A DNA stretch of 64,000 nucleotides from the NCBI GenBank assembly GCA_030390025.1, contig CM059425.1, positions 170,192,001 to 170,256,000 of the forward strand. Reading direction: 5' to 3'. Positions 23,473-36,771 of this stretch are shown one piece after another (the first letter of the stretch is position 1; each line of letters begins with the position of its first letter). The DNA is from Squalus acanthias (taxonomy: Eukaryota). Both the position numbers and the translations under genes were made by a program. The notes beneath the pieces are model-generated. The model worked only from the letters and a program-made list of their open reading frames with translations. It searched no databases and was not told where the DNA came from.

Positions 23473-25435
23473 GGCCTAGAAATTGGATAAGGCCTGAAAA
23501 CGGGCAGGGGCATCATCCAGCGCTATTTGACTGTGCCCGTTCAAAGTGGTGCAGGTAGCATGCAAACTTTGTGCTGCCTGCTCATTTACATGATTGCAGC
23601 GCTGATCTTAGTGCTAAACATGCTGCTGATTGGCTTAGCACGCAACAGGGGGGCCAATATCGGGTACAGTCTACTGGCCAATAAAGTTTGGCCTAGGCTC
23701 CCTCCAGTACTTAAAGGGGAGGTGCTTTGTTGCAGAAGCACCTCATTGTCAGTCGAAAGGAAGCCATGGCCCAACAGCCGAGGGAAAGGGCTAGACGATT
23801 TTCTGATGTGGCACTGGAGGCCTTGGTCCTGGGGTCCAATGATGTACTCTACCCACGGGGGGCAAGAGGCCTTCAAGGATGACCACAAGAAGGATCTGGG
23901 AGGAGATCGCTCAATCCGTCACTGCAACGAGTCTTGTCCCCAGGACCTGGATCCAGTGCCACAAAAAGTTTTATGACCTCACATAAGTGGTCAAGGTGAG
24001 TGACTGCATCATCAAAAGCCATATCCCACCATCTGCACCACAAGCCTCACACACTGCTCAATGCGCCACACCCCCATCATTCACCTACCAACAATCTCTA
24101 CCTATCACCACTCAGACCTCACAATCATAGCTTTACCTCACCCTCACACACTTACCACTGCTGCGACACTCACACCCACATCTCACACCTTGCACACACT
24201 GATAGCTATTCAACTATGGCAGGCACATCACCCAAATGCATTGCACCACACTCACTGACACACTTCCCTTTCACTTGCAGGCTAAGGTGGCTCATAACGG
24301 GTGGAGGCCAAGCAAGAATTGAGAACCTGGCAGACCTGGAGGAAGCAGTGCTGCCAACAATTGGAGGAGCAGTGACAGAGTCTGTGTTGAGCGGAGAAGT
24401 GGAAAACATTGCTGATGATGACGGTATGCTCATACCTAATCCTTCTTCTCACATCCCATTTCCCCCTCATCCCACAATCTCTTCTTACTTACAAGCTGCT
24501 GATGGTGTATGCATGGATATCTTGCTTGCCCCCCCTCACCACAACCCAACCCTTGTGCATTTCTCCTTTCAGATACCCAAGAAATCCAACCTGGCCAGCT
24601 TGTCCGTGAAGTACTAGAAGAGAGTGATGGAGAAGAAGACACACCGTCACTGCATCTGACACTCACAGACACCAGCTCAGAAAATGTCATTCTGCGTACT
24701 TTAGAGGGTAGTATAGAGGTAGGATCTGCACATGGTGAGTCACCAGGCATGAGTGGGCTGCAGCCAGACCAGGGGGAAAGGGTAGCTCATATGCCAGCTA
24801 CCCGGAGGGCAAGTTTGCACACGGGTTCTGCTCCACAGAACTCAGATGATGGCCTCGATGAGACGGCCTTCAGAACAAAGGTGATGGGGATGCCCAAAGA
24901 AATGCTTGATGCAATGGCAAGCCTGTCAGAAAGCCTCTTGTCAGTGTAAAGGAGCATGGAGGAGTGGGGCTCCAACATTGCACGGGGTTTTGCGCAGAGC
25001 TTGGAGCCCATGGATGGAAATGATGGGCAACTTCATGAGAGAACTTGTGGACCCAAACATGATGCTGCGTGTGATGGGCGATCTCGCAGCTTCCATTGCA
25101 GCAAAGGAGGAAGTGACCCAACGTCTCAGTGCTGTAGTGGAAGCACAGACTGCTCTCCTGCAGTCTCAGCTTGCTGCCATGCCAGCTCACACTTCTGCCA
25201 TCGTGGCTGAGTTTACGAGTGTCGAAAGGGGCTTGCAGGGTGTCACAGCAGTCCAGCAATCTGTGCTCCAGGATATCTGGGATGGAATCAGCTACCTGCG
25301 GTCCCAGTGACCACAACCCCAATTCCCCTTTCAACATTAGTCCCACACCTTACCTTCCCTCTGTTACTGACCATCACAATGTCCTCTTGGCCACAATGCT
25401 GAAATAAAAGCCACCACAAAGCAAACTTTCCAATA
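23473..25435 (+). mobile_element. Harbinger element fragment with a 3-exon Myb/SANT pseudogene
   Basis: Left TIR ggcctagaaatt and ATG at 23766 (MAQQPRERARRFSDVALEAL). Donor 23996 gtgagt, acceptor 24280, donor 24424 gtatgc, acceptor 24572. Contains stops and frameshifts. Confidence 0.8.
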
Positions 25436-26880
25436 TATTCCAGTGAGAAAGAAAGACTCTAAGAGAAGGATGAACCATCCGTGGCTAACTAAGGAAGTAA
25501 AGGATGGTATCAAATTGAAAACAAAGGCATAAAATGTTGCGAAGAATAGTGGAAGGTCAGAGGATTGGGAAATTTTTTAAACCAGCAAAGGACGACTAAA
25601 AAAATGATAGAGAGAGAAGATAGCTTATGAGAGTAAGCTAGTAAGAAATATAAAAACAGACAGTAAGAGCTTCTACAGGTATATAAAAATGAAGAGAGTA
25701 GCTAAAGTAAATGTTGGTCCCCTAGAGGATGAGTCTGGGGTATTAATAATGGGAAACAGGGAAATGGCAGAGACTTTGAACAAATATTTTGTATCGGTCT
25801 TCATGGTAGAAGACACTAAAAGCATCCCAATAATGGATAATCAAGGGGCTATTGGGGTGGGGGGGGGGGAACTTAAAACAATCACTATCTCTAGAGAAAA
25901 AGTACTAGGCAAACTAACGGGACTAAAGATGACCAGTCCCCTGGACCCGATGGCCTGCATCCTAGGGTCTTAAAAGAGGTGGCTGCAGAGATAGTGGGTG
26001 CTTTGGTTGTAATCTACCAAAATTCCCTGGAAAACCGCAAATGTAACGCCCCTATTTAAGAAAGGAGGGAGACAGAAAGCAGGCAACTATAGACCAGTTA
26101 GCCTAACATCTGTCATTGGGAAAATGCTGGAGTCCGTCATTAAGGAAGTGGTACAGGACATTTAGAAAATCATAATATAGTCAAGCAGAGTCAGCATGGT
26201 TTTATGAAAGGGAAATCATGTTTGACAAATTTGCTGGAGTTCTTTGAGGATGTAACGAGCAGGGTGGATAAAGGGGAACCAGTAGATGCCGTGTATTTGG
26301 ATTTCCAGAAGGCATTCGATAAGGTGCCACATAAAAGGTTACCGCACAAGATAAGAGCTCACGGAGTTGGGGGTAACATATTAGCATGGATAGAGGAAAT
26401 AACAACAGAAAACGCTGGAAAAACTCAGCAGGCCAGGCAGCATCCGTGGAGAGAGAAAGAGAGTTAACGTTTCAGGTCGATGACCTTTCGTCAGGTCATC
26501 GACCTGAAACGTTAACTCTCTTTCTCTCTCCACGGATGCTGCCTGGCCTGCTGAGTTTTTCCAGCGTTTTCTGTTGTTATTTCAGATTTCCAGCATCCGC
26601 AGTATTTTGCTATCGTATTAGAGCATGGATAGAGGATTGGCTAACTAACAGAAAACAGAGATTCGGGATAAATGGGCCATTTTCAGGTTGGCAAACTGTA
26701 ACTAGTGGGGTGCCACAGGGATCAGTGCTGCGGCCTCAACTATTTACAATCTATATTAATGACTTGGATGAAGGGACCGAGTGTAATGTAGCCAAATTTG
26801 CTGATGATACAAAGATAGGTGGGAAAGCAAATTGTGTGGAGGACACAAAGAATCTCCAAAGGGATATAGACAGGCTAAGT
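25436..26880 (+). mobile_element. CR1 (family 2-like) ORF2 fragment
   Basis: [29 protein letters not shown] and FADD; truncated by the element starting at 26881. Confidence 0.9.
26398..26621. mobile_element. Fold-back PLE family-2 insertion
   Basis: Perfect 91-bp inverted arms 26396-26486 / 26493-26583. The right part matches the Penelope 3' end (62834-62954). TSD agcatggatagagga (26383-97, 26622-36). Confidence 0.9.
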
Positions 26881-28411
26881 GGGCTGGATTTTGTGAATGG
26901 AGGCGAGTTGGAGGTGGGACTGCTGCTTGTCATGTCAATGTCCTACCTCCATCCTCGCCTGACCTCAGCAGGCCAATTAAGGAGGAAGTCACTGACAGAT
27001 CATGTCAACGTCAGACGTGCAACCTGTCAAGACTTCCTGAAAGAAGAAATGACAGCTCTGTGAAGCTGTCAAACACTGCCATTCTCTTTAGTTTGATGAG
27101 ACTTTGTGGTGAGGACTCATCAAACCTTTCAAATTTGTAAATTTCACATGACTATTGGAACAGAGGTTCCATCAGCCATTATGTGAAATTGACAAGCAGG
27201 ATGTCGGCTCTCCGCAGTGCTACTCCAGTGGCTGCAGCATGGCTGGTGACTTTCAGTGGGGGACACTGCAAATGGCCTTGCTGGTTGACCTTGAGGAGCT
27301 GGTGGCTGGGAGTGTCAAATCATTCATCTTCTTCTTGTTCTTCTTCACACTCCTCTCCCTCTATTGGTCACCCACTGGCTGGGCAGGCTGCATTTCTTGA
27401 GTGTGTGAAATGAGGAAGGCACAAGTGTGGAGTTGTGGTGAGGGGAGGGCAGGAAAGCAAGACCTGCATGCCAGAAGAAGGATAACATATGAGGATACCA
27501 GCACCTTGTATCCTTTCAGCCCCACCACTGGCCAAGGGCTGAGCCATGCCCCTGCCAAGAATGGCCTGCACCATCTCCTCCAAGGAGGTGAGGTGAGGCT
27601 AGGAATGGGAGATGTGCCTCGTGATTGGTGTAGATTGTTGGTAGGTGAGTGATTAGGGGTCATGCATTGAGCAGTGTGTGAGGCTAGTGGTGCAGTTGGT
27701 AGGAAGCGGCTTTTGAAGATACATTCACTGACCTTGACCACTGATCTGAGCTCATGAAATTCTTTGGGCACTGGAGCCAGATGGCGGAGCGATATTGCTG
27801 GCAGTGACGGCCTCGGTGATGTGGTCCCACATCCTTCTTTCTGGAGGGCTTCCTGGCCCCTGTGGGTAGAGGTCCTCTCTTGCAGTGTTGACCCCCTGCA
27901 CAAAGCTGGAGTGGTGTGTGCGAGACCCTGGGTGCCCCTTCCCTGGCTTGCTGAGCCATTTGTGTTAGTGCTGAGGCAGTTTTCCCATTTTTTAAGGTTA
28001 GGAAGGTATTTCAGCTTTAAGAGCTGAATATTCACAATTGGGATTTCTTTTTAATGTTAAATATTTTGTAAAATGCAGAAAGGGCTGAAAACTGCAATGT
28101 TTCACTTCATTTTAATTTGTATTGCTTCAGAGTGCATGGCCCCTTTAATTCTCAGACCTCTTCATTACCCACAATTCCTTGCAAGCTCCATAGCCTCGCT
28201 TCCAGACGCTGTGCAAAGCTTGAATGCCGCACCTGCACAGGAACTTCGTTTCGGATGTCTCCAGCAATGCCACCAGGATGGCGTTGCACGGAAGGTAAGC
28301 ACTGCGCCAACAATCTCCAGCCGCCCCCCCCCCCAGACCAATTTTGCCCTGTTAGCATTGCGGCCAATTTCTGCGGCTGTTAACCTCATGACTAAAACAA
28401 ATTTCTCCCCC
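26881..28411 (-). mobile_element. Hybrid Harbinger element: family B left end + Myb/SANT pseudogene on -
   Basis: 26881-27140 resembles 16808-17060 and 50803-51170. The Myb start MAQQAREGAPRVS at 27959 is homologous to 44743. Right end aatttctccccc. Confidence 0.7.
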
Positions 28412-28424
28412 TATGTCTAATTCA

Positions 28425-29570
28425 GGATGGTGTGTCCTGGAGGTGAACTTGAAGGTGATGGTGCTTCAGTGTTCTTGCTGCTCTTGTTCTTCTTGATGGT
28501 TGGTTGGGGCTTGGAGTGGCCGCCAAAGTAAGCTTGGTTAGTTTTTGCAGCGCATCATGTAGAAAGTATAAACTGCAGCCGTAGTGCACTGGTGGTGGAT
28601 ATTTAGTCCAGTGACAGGGACAGCAGTCAAACAGACTGCTAAATCCTGGATAATGTCGAGCTTCTTCATTGTTATTGCAGCTGTACACATCCAGGGAAGT
28701 GGCGAGTATTTCATCACACTTTTGACTTGAGCCTTGTAGATGGTGAAGAGGCCTTGAGGCGCCATGAGGTGAGCCACTTATCGCAGAGTACCCAATCTCT
28801 ACTCTGCTCTTTTAACCACTTTGTTGATATGGCTGCTCCAATTAAGCTTCTGGTTAGTGTTGACCCCCAGGATTCTGATGATGGGGAACTCAGCGACAAT
28901 GATGCCATTGAAGGTCGGGGGAGGTAGTTGGGTCTTTTCTTCTTGGAAATGGTCATTGTCTGACACTTATGTGCCATGAATGTTACCTGTCACTTGTTAG
29001 TCCAAGCCTAGATGTTGTCAAGACCATGTTGTAGGCTGCTATGGCCAACTTTATTGCAGGAGTTGTGAATGGAGCTGAATACTATAGAATTGTCAGTGAA
29101 CTGCCTTATTATAGGGGGAAGGTCATTGATGAAGCAGCTGAAGAAGGCTCGTCAAAGAACTCCTGCAGCAATGTTCCGTAGCTGCAATGATAACTATGAC
29201 TATAATTCCTTTTTGTCAGGTATAACTCAAGCCATTGGAGGGTTTTCCCCCCTGACCTTCATTGCCCTTTGTTTTCCTAGAGCTCCCTAGTGGAATGCTG
29301 CCTTGATGTTTCGGCCAATTATTCTCACCTTTCTTCTGGCAATCAAGTCTTATGTCGATGTCTGGATGAGGTTTCAGGCCAAGTGATTCTGGCAAGAAAC
29401 GAACTGAGTGTCAGTGAACAGGTTTTTGGTCAGCAGGTGTTGCTTGATGGTTATATTGATGACTTCTTCCATTACTTTGCTGATGATTGGGAGGAGATGA
29501 AATGTGTCCTATTTTTTGGGGATAGGACATACCTGGGCAAATTTCATTGCCATCAGGTAGATGCCAGAGT
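28425..29570 (-). mobile_element. Degenerate CR1-clade LINE (Zenon-like lineage)
   Basis: YKAQVKSVMKYSPLPW...KKLDIIQD motif; homologous to 59143-59768. Confidence 0.7.
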
Positions 29571-30194
29571 CATATGTGCACTGGAATCAATGTCTGAGGT
29601 TATTTTTGCTTCATAGTTTTGAAGCATGTCTTTAGTGTGGTCCTCTGATTAATTTTTGCTGGCATTTTATAGCAATTTTTCTGATTAATTTTTTTAAAAA
29701 CTTTTTCTTCAAATAATGTTTTCTTTCTTCTGAAAGTATATTTATGTGATAGTTAAACTAGCTGAATATTACCTGCAAATTTACCAGAAAACCAATGTTA
29801 TTAAAGTACTTAGAAGACTTTAGCACAACAGAAAGAGTTAAACAAAGAGGGCACTGGGCAGTGCATGAGGGAACGAAGCAAGGCGGGGCAGGGGGTGCGG
29901 GGGGAGGTTGTTTTTTTGTGGTGCCAGAGGGGAAAGGACATGAAAAAGTACAAGACAAAACTTACACAGGAGCTTAGGGAGCATCTAAGTGAAGATTTCT
30001 TGGTAGTTGCAAAATTAAATTTAACTTAACAAAAGAATTGGTTTTGAAGTGCCCCCATCACAGCTTTTCATGGTTAAAGTGGTACAAAATGAAGGAAGGC
30101 GTGCCTGGTGTATCAACAGGCACTACAACCAAACTGCACATCTCTGCCTTTACACCAACTGTATCTGCAAGCCCGGGTACACATACCTGACTGT

Positions 30195-30375
30195 TGTTAT
30201 CTAGGCAAGTGTGACAGCCAATTTGCACATAGCAAAATCCCACAAATAACAAAAAGATGAAGGATGAAAGAGGTTAATCTGTTTTTGGGGCGTTGATTGA
30301 GGCAGCAATGTTGGCCATAACACGAGGAGAGCCCCCTGTTATTCTTCAAATGGGGTCTTTAACATCCACCTGGAC
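30195..30375 (-). mobile_element. DeuSINE (SacSINE1/AmnSINE1-like) relic
   Basis: The reverse complement matches 57170-57315 and the Deu domain as I recall it (caggtggatgttaaagac..., tgtgggattttgctatgtgcaaattggctg). Confidence 0.65.
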
Positions 30376-30753
30376 CTCACAAACAAACAGACAGGTCAAG
30401 TCATGGAATAAGGCTTCCGAAAGAGATAAATTACAAGTGAGTTAAAGTGTAAATGGAACCAATTCTGCTGTCTGTACACTGCACTGCCAGCTGCATGCAC
30501 CTGTGCACAAATGAGCTGACATTGCCAGATAAAGCAGAGTCCATCCATTGGCATAATTCTCTGCTGCTTCGGTTGCTTCTCTCATGATGTGCCAGGAATG
30601 CCAGGGCTGCATTGTCATTTGCCTGTAGCCAGTTGAGAGCTGCTGTTTGCCAATTTTCTGCTGGGCACTTTCCTGTTGGCGCAGGAAACGGCTTACCCCA
30701 TCTTCATCAATGAATGAATTGAACAGATCAATACTGGCATGACCTGAGTCATA

Positions 30754-31161
30754 GGCCTAGAAATTCGATCGCACCTGGGATCGGAGGCACAGGGGGCAGG
30801 ACATCGCAGATCCATCCCTAGAAGCATTTCCTCGTTCCTCTACCAATCTTGTTCATAAAATGGCAGCTGGGGAAGATAAATACTCTCCTGTGGCTCAACT
30901 CAGCTCAGGAGGTACTTAAATAATAGAAACTTTCTCCTTCAACTGTTTAAGAATAAGTTACAATTCACAGAAATATGCAAATAATCATAGGATGGTAGAT
31001 TCCGTGATCCTGCGGTTACAACAGGGTGTGATACTTCCAGGAATCGCAGGTTGGAGAGTTGTAGACCTATCTCTGACCTGCGCTCCCTGTGAATGAGACG
31101 TCTTAGCTGAGAGTGTGGGGCGGTAGTATCAGTCCTATAAATTAAACATTGAAATCCAGCC
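30754..31161. mobile_element. Old Harbinger-type MITE
   Basis: Starts with ggcctagaaatt like 23473; the right end aaatccagcc is only weakly complementary. Confidence 0.4.
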
Positions 31162-32839
31162 TCATACCTGGGATGTTTAAATGCTGAAGTGCTGTGTGGA
31201 AACTCTCTTAAAAAATTAATTAATAATTTAATGTTTTTAAAAAGTAAACATGAAGAATGTAAAATATAAATTGATTGAAGTGCTTACTCCACAATGCCTT
31301 TGATTTCTCTACATTGAGCAATGATTATATTTTTAACAAAGCAAGCTAGGAACAGTTCAATACTCAATAATGGTGACCTTCTGGCAGATGTTTGAATACC
31401 GGTCAATGAAATATTCACATGCTTCCCAAGAGCCAATGACAAAGCAGGATGAAAATGTGATTACTGTTGGACAATAGATTTTTGAAAAGGAACACTCCAC
31501 ATTTTTTAAAATTACAAATTATAAATAAACAGAAGTTGTACCTGTTTACCTTTTTACCATATCTCCCTCTTCAGTGCTTTTCAGATTTTTGCCGCTTTTA
31601 TTCCTCCTCATTCTGTTTCCCCTCCACCGCTATTTGCTTTTTCCATTAACTGTACACTTGTCTGCCACTTGCTCCGAGGCCTCTTAATGTCAATCGTCGC
31701 TACCTGTCACTCTCTGTGCCTCCAGCTCTTTCACAAGCCACGACCTGTCCTTTCTGCTTGCTTCCCACCCTGCCTACCTACTCAGTCCCCGGCCTCACCA
31801 ACCACAACAAATAAGCAAGAGCAAAATCTACCCATGGGCGATGTGACAGGAGAGCTACTAGTAACTGTGAAAACAAATTAAATATCTAAATAAAACTGTA
31901 TTGTTTTCCCAAAAATTAATTAAAAGAGCTATGTAATAGCATGCAATTGATAGTGTTGGGCATAATACGAACCACGTAATTTTATTTATTGTGCATCTTC
32001 TGAATACTAATAACTGCTATATGTTGACGACAGCCAGATAATCAATAAATATTTATCTGAAATGCACTGTTGTTTCAGGTGCAAAAAAGATGTCATGGTT
32101 TTCTCTTGTGATGTACAATTAGTGTCTGCCAGGACATTAATGAATTCATATAATGAATTTCTGATTTCATTGCAATAATAACCTTACTGTTATAATTTGC
32201 GTTCTGAGCTCACCTCATCTAAATCAGCCCAAGGATTAGAACACCATTAATCCTTTAATAGTAAACGTGTGACATTTACTGCTGTAGATTTGAAGATATC
32301 ATTACAAGTATAACGTGGATCATTAGGTCAGCTGATCGTTCTGTGTTTGACGAGTGGAATGTATCCTGCTGCTTGAGAAAAGGTGGTTAAAAATTCTGGC
32401 CGTTGAAACGGTTCCACTGGCTGGAACTGGGCAAGCAAGGGTTAGAAAATAATGAGATCTGAAACCTACTGCTCTGTGCTTGTAATACACACCTGAATTC
32501 CCATTAGTGTTGTTTGCTCCCACACACAATATTCAAAACCTTCATTAAGGATTGAAAATCCATGCCAATGAGGAAACTATGATGCAGCCCCTGATCGCTC
32601 TTGTTTTTTGCAGTTACTGCCCTGAGCTAAGTTAAAGACCATTCATGTTCTCGCCTGTTGGGAAGGGATCTCTTAAAGCTAGATTGCAGCTTTCATTTTC
32701 CTGCTATTAAATGTAAAGCTATAGGGATCAGTTTCAGTATGCCCGTCTTACTGGATTTCGTAGGCTGGAACAAAAAACAAAGAAGGGACGTCAGTGGAAC
32801 CACAGCCAGACATCCCACATCCACCAATGTCCTAGCAAC

Positions 32840-33280
32840 CATATTTACAGGCGCAGCCTCAGATATCAGACTGCATCAGCGAAAAAGTGCCTTCACAGGC
32901 TCAGGTTTAGCAGGGAAGCAATTACACAGCTAAGCCATCTGCTGCAAGGAGACATGCAGTTAACCTCAATGGCAGAGACAGCACTGCCAGTGGCGATTAA
33001 TTAGTCACAACTGCCCTCAACTTTTATGCCTCTGCCCCCTTCCAGGCTACGACATCTGCAGTATAAGCTAATTTGTAGTGCACAGGTATATTAAACAGGT
33101 AGTTGAGGCATTTTGAGCGTGACCAACACTTTTGTCACCCTTCCCACTGAAGAACAACAGTAGCATGACAGGCTGCCCAGTTTCACTGCCACGCTGGATT
33201 TTCCAAAGTATAGTGGCTCATTGATGGCACTTTATGCACAATCCCATGGTTTCATGAGCAGAAAGGGCTTCCATTCCATC
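32840..33280 (+). pseudogene. Harbinger transposase relic
   Basis: Hand translation across frameshifts gives CLHRLRFSREAITQLSHLLQGD..ETALPVA, TTALNFYAS, AGFPKV..IDGT and RKGFHSI. Confidence 0.75.
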
Positions 33281-33720
33281 TTCTGCTACGATCTCATTCT
33301 GCACAACCAGAAAGGAACTGTCTGAACTAAGTTCAGATACAGTACAACTGATGTATTACCCCATTTCGTGATGTTTAAATGATTTCAATAGCTTTTTCTC
33401 CACCAGTGCTCACACTTATTACTAGTGTATTGTGTGCACCTTCTAACTCCTAACTTGTGATTTCTTCTAAGTGAAGAAATATGTGCACTGGTTAATTTTT
33501 GGGTCTAGTTGGAGCCACTTAGGATTTGTGTGGCCCTGTATCTACTTGTGATGGTTTGTGAGAAGGCCCTGCTAGTGTTTCCATTACATCGGCTGTTGTG
33601 CTGGCTGGTTGGTCCTGTCACTTTTTGGCAAGTAGTGCAACTTGCGCTGGTGAGCTGGATGGATTGGATGTGGAATCACCTTGAGAGACAGCAAGCCGTA
33701 CCCATGCCAATCCAGATATA

Positions 33721-33923
33721 TGATGCGGAGATGCCGGTGTTGGACTGGGGTGGACAAAATTGAGAGGTCGCACAAGGTACACATGCATTGTTCTCTATCT
33801 ATATATGCTTTGGCGATTCTGTATCTCTTTACTTCACCCGACGAAGGAGTAGTAACTCCGAAAGCTTGTGATTTCAAATAAAACTGTTGGACTATAACCT
33901 GGTGTTGTGCGACCTCTCAATTT
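33721..33923. mobile_element. Short PLE family-1 insertion with an inverted 5' segment
   Basis: It begins tgatgcggagatgccggtgttggactggggtggacaaaa exactly as at 21876, and is flanked by aatccagatata (33709-20, 33924-35). Confidence 0.85.
33834..33871 (+). ncRNA. Hammerhead motif variant (family 1) with core mutation CCGA
   Basis: tcac-CCGACGA-a-ggagt(agta)actcc-GAAA-gc-T-T-gtga; stem II has a compensatory pair change. Confidence 0.6.
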
Positions 33924-35839
33924 AATCCAGATATACCCATGCCAATCCAGATATACCCTTGCTGCTGGGCATTTCCTCAGTGTGTCCATGGGAGCAGACC
34001 TGTTGTCAGCAATGAGGTTTGTAAAGCCCTGTCTCAAGATTCTCTCAATTCAATTTCTTTGCTTGTTAAAGCCAGATAAGACAGGCCTGTTGTTCACCAG
34101 AGCTCAAAGCCTCTACAGCTGAAATGTAAACATTCTTAAGAAATTCTCCCACTGTGCTTAGGACCTGTACCAGCGGCTTGTCTGCTGATGGCCATGGAGT
34201 TGCCACAAATGGACTGGGACATTATAGTGCGGACAAGCCTACCTGCGCACAATTGTGCAGATGTGGTTAGTAGGCACCTCCACACTCATAGCCGGACCCT
34301 TCAGGATGTTTTGGACAGATTCAATAAAGAAAGAAAGAAAGACTTGCATTTATATAGCGAGTGTGCTGCTACTGAGCCAAAGCTGACACTACGGGCTGGA
34401 TTTTCCTTGCGGAGGCGGGATGGCGGCAGGAGAGCTGGTTGGCAGCTTCCGGTCCCGCTCCCGTCTGCAGCCGCTCTCTCAAAAAATGTTTCCGTAGATT
34501 GGCCTGGTTAAGCCTGCCCTGCGGGGTTCCTGGCCAATTAACAGGATGCAGGTCTGATGATGTCATTGGATGATGCGTCATCAGCCGGTTTCCTTAAAGG
34601 GACCATGGCCACATTGATTTTGACAGTTGTGATGTCAGTGTTCTGCAACATTGAGGTGTTGCAAACACTGACAAGCACTGCGCAAAGATACATGGCTGCA
34701 CCCAGGCTCACGCATGACTCCCTCCATATGCTTATGGAGGGAGTCACAGCACTCAGAGAGATTCTCTTCCCTTCCCATGGGTGGAAGAGACCTCCCCAGG
34801 ATACCAACGCAGTCTGGTTGCACATTGCACAGGAGGACACAAGCAAGGATGTCATCAGGAGTGCTTGGCTGCAGTGGCGCAAACCTTTCAATGATCTCAG
34901 TAGATCACAAAATGTTACTGCAAAGCCACACTCAACCTCATCCTGCTTTGCCACTCATCTCATTCCCATCACTCTGCCTTCCCTACACTACTCCTGCACA
35001 TCTTTACTCACACCAACTTACCTTGCACCTCCACCCATCCCTCTATCGACATTATCACTTCCCCATCTCACTAGTCACACCTCACACTCACCCTCATCCT
35101 ACTGCAAGCATACCAACTAACAACACACAAGTGTAGGCACTTGACAGGTTTAGCCAATGTTCATGTGAAGTTTCTGGTAATGTGTTGTCTTACAGTGAAA
35201 TCTATATTTCCAACAATTCACCTTATTGGACAGATCTGAGCACACCGTGAGAAGTGTCTTACTGAGTTCCAGTGAATGTTGAGACATAACTTCCCCTCGC
35301 TATAGTGATGTGTGTGCATGGAATGGCTTAGACATTAAAGGGATGCTTTACGATGCGGGTGTGGGATGGTGTCAACTTGGCGCATCATGTGGCAGCCAGG
35401 GTTTATAGCATCAAGTGAAGTAAATCTGGCCATGGTGATGCCATCGATGGCCTCCCGGGCAGCAATGTTGTCAGGCGCTGATGCCCTGTGCCCAGTGCAG
35501 CATCAGGTGGTGGCGGAGAAGGTTGGTGATGTTGTTGGTGATGTTGGTGTTGGGGTTGATCGTGGAAGGACTCAGAGGATCAAGGTGTGATTTTTCCAAG
35601 GGCACTGATGTTGCAGCTGCAGGTGAAATGACAGAAGCGATCTGTCAATGGTGAGAGATGTTGTTCCAATGAGGTGGCACTGGATATAGAGTTAACTCTA
35701 AACACTTGCAAGCTATGTCTTACAAATGCAGTAACCAACAGTTTCTGAGCTCTGAAACTGAACAGCTGCAACATGGCATCCTTTAAACCACTTCTGCAGC
35801 TGTCAGGTTATCAGATAAATCAAAGCAGACTCAACTCAC

Positions 35840-36553
35840 GACATCCATTGCTGCATCCAGGAGGTCACAGAAGCTCTCTACAGTAGGAGAAGGGACTATA
35901 TTTCCTTCCCCATCACCAGAGAGAAGCAGGACGAGTGTGCATGTGGCTTTGCCAGGATAGCGGGCTTTCCCATGGTGCAGGGTGCCATTGACTGCACCCA
36001 CGTGGCTTTGCAGGCACCGCATAATAATCCTGAGATCTTCCGTAACCGCAAAGGCTACCACTCACATAATGTGCAGTTGGTGTGCGACAGTGAATCCTCA
36101 ATGTCAATGCCTGCTATTCTGGCAACAGCCACGATGCCTTCATCCTGCGCCAGACCGGTGTGCCAGCACGCTTCCAGCCATCACATCAAACTCACAGCTG
36201 GCTGCTTGGAGACAAGGGCTATCCGCTCTCCACCTGACTCATGACTCCCCTCTGCAACTTCAACACTCCTGCCCAGCACTCATATAATGAGAGCCATGCT
36301 GCCACCAGGAACACCATCGAACAGACTTTGGGCCTGCTGAAGCAACGGTTCTACACAACTTGGCCATCATGAGGGCCCAGCCCTTGTCACCAGGGATTGC
36401 AGGACCACCTCAGGAGGAGGAGGAGGAAGAGGAGGAGGACGAGGTGGAAGAGGACGTTGAGGAGGAGGAATAGGAGCGAGGGAGGAGGCAGCCACTCAAT
36501 CGGACTTCCGGAGGGCGGTCCGTGACCGCCTCATCAGACTGCGGTTCGAATGA
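35840..36553 (+). pseudogene. Harbinger DDE transposase (HARBI1-like), 5'-truncated and internally deleted
   Basis: IAGFPMVQGAIDCTHV, FRNRKGYHSHNVQLVCD, GNSHDAFILR, LLGDKGYPL, HAATRNTIEQTLGLLKQRF and an acidic tail. Confidence 0.9.
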
Positions 36554-36771
36554 ATCAAGCTCCAGATCCCCATTGCTCACCACATTCCCATCATTCCATC
36601 CCTGTCGCAAGCCATATCACAGCGCAAAGCTGAAATGAGACACACCACAAAAGAATCCAAACTGAATTAATAAATCAGTGAACACATATTTACAAAAAAA
36701 ATATTAACTATTCACCCTTGTGCAATCCCTTAGTGCTTCGCGTTACTGTGCCTTTGCCTACTCTAGTGCTC

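Noticed and set aside
26464..26500. Intact hammerhead on the minus strand of the 26.4-kb fold-back
   Set aside because: The core and stems II/III are present, but the 5' strand of stem I is replaced (tgac instead of agtt).
26386..27063. 225-aa ORF as a novel gene
   Set aside because: It is a chance read-through of the PLE insertion, CR1 RT and a MITE end.
35840..36553. Domesticated HARBI1 gene
   Set aside because: It is truncated, frameshifted and embedded in a TIR-bounded element.
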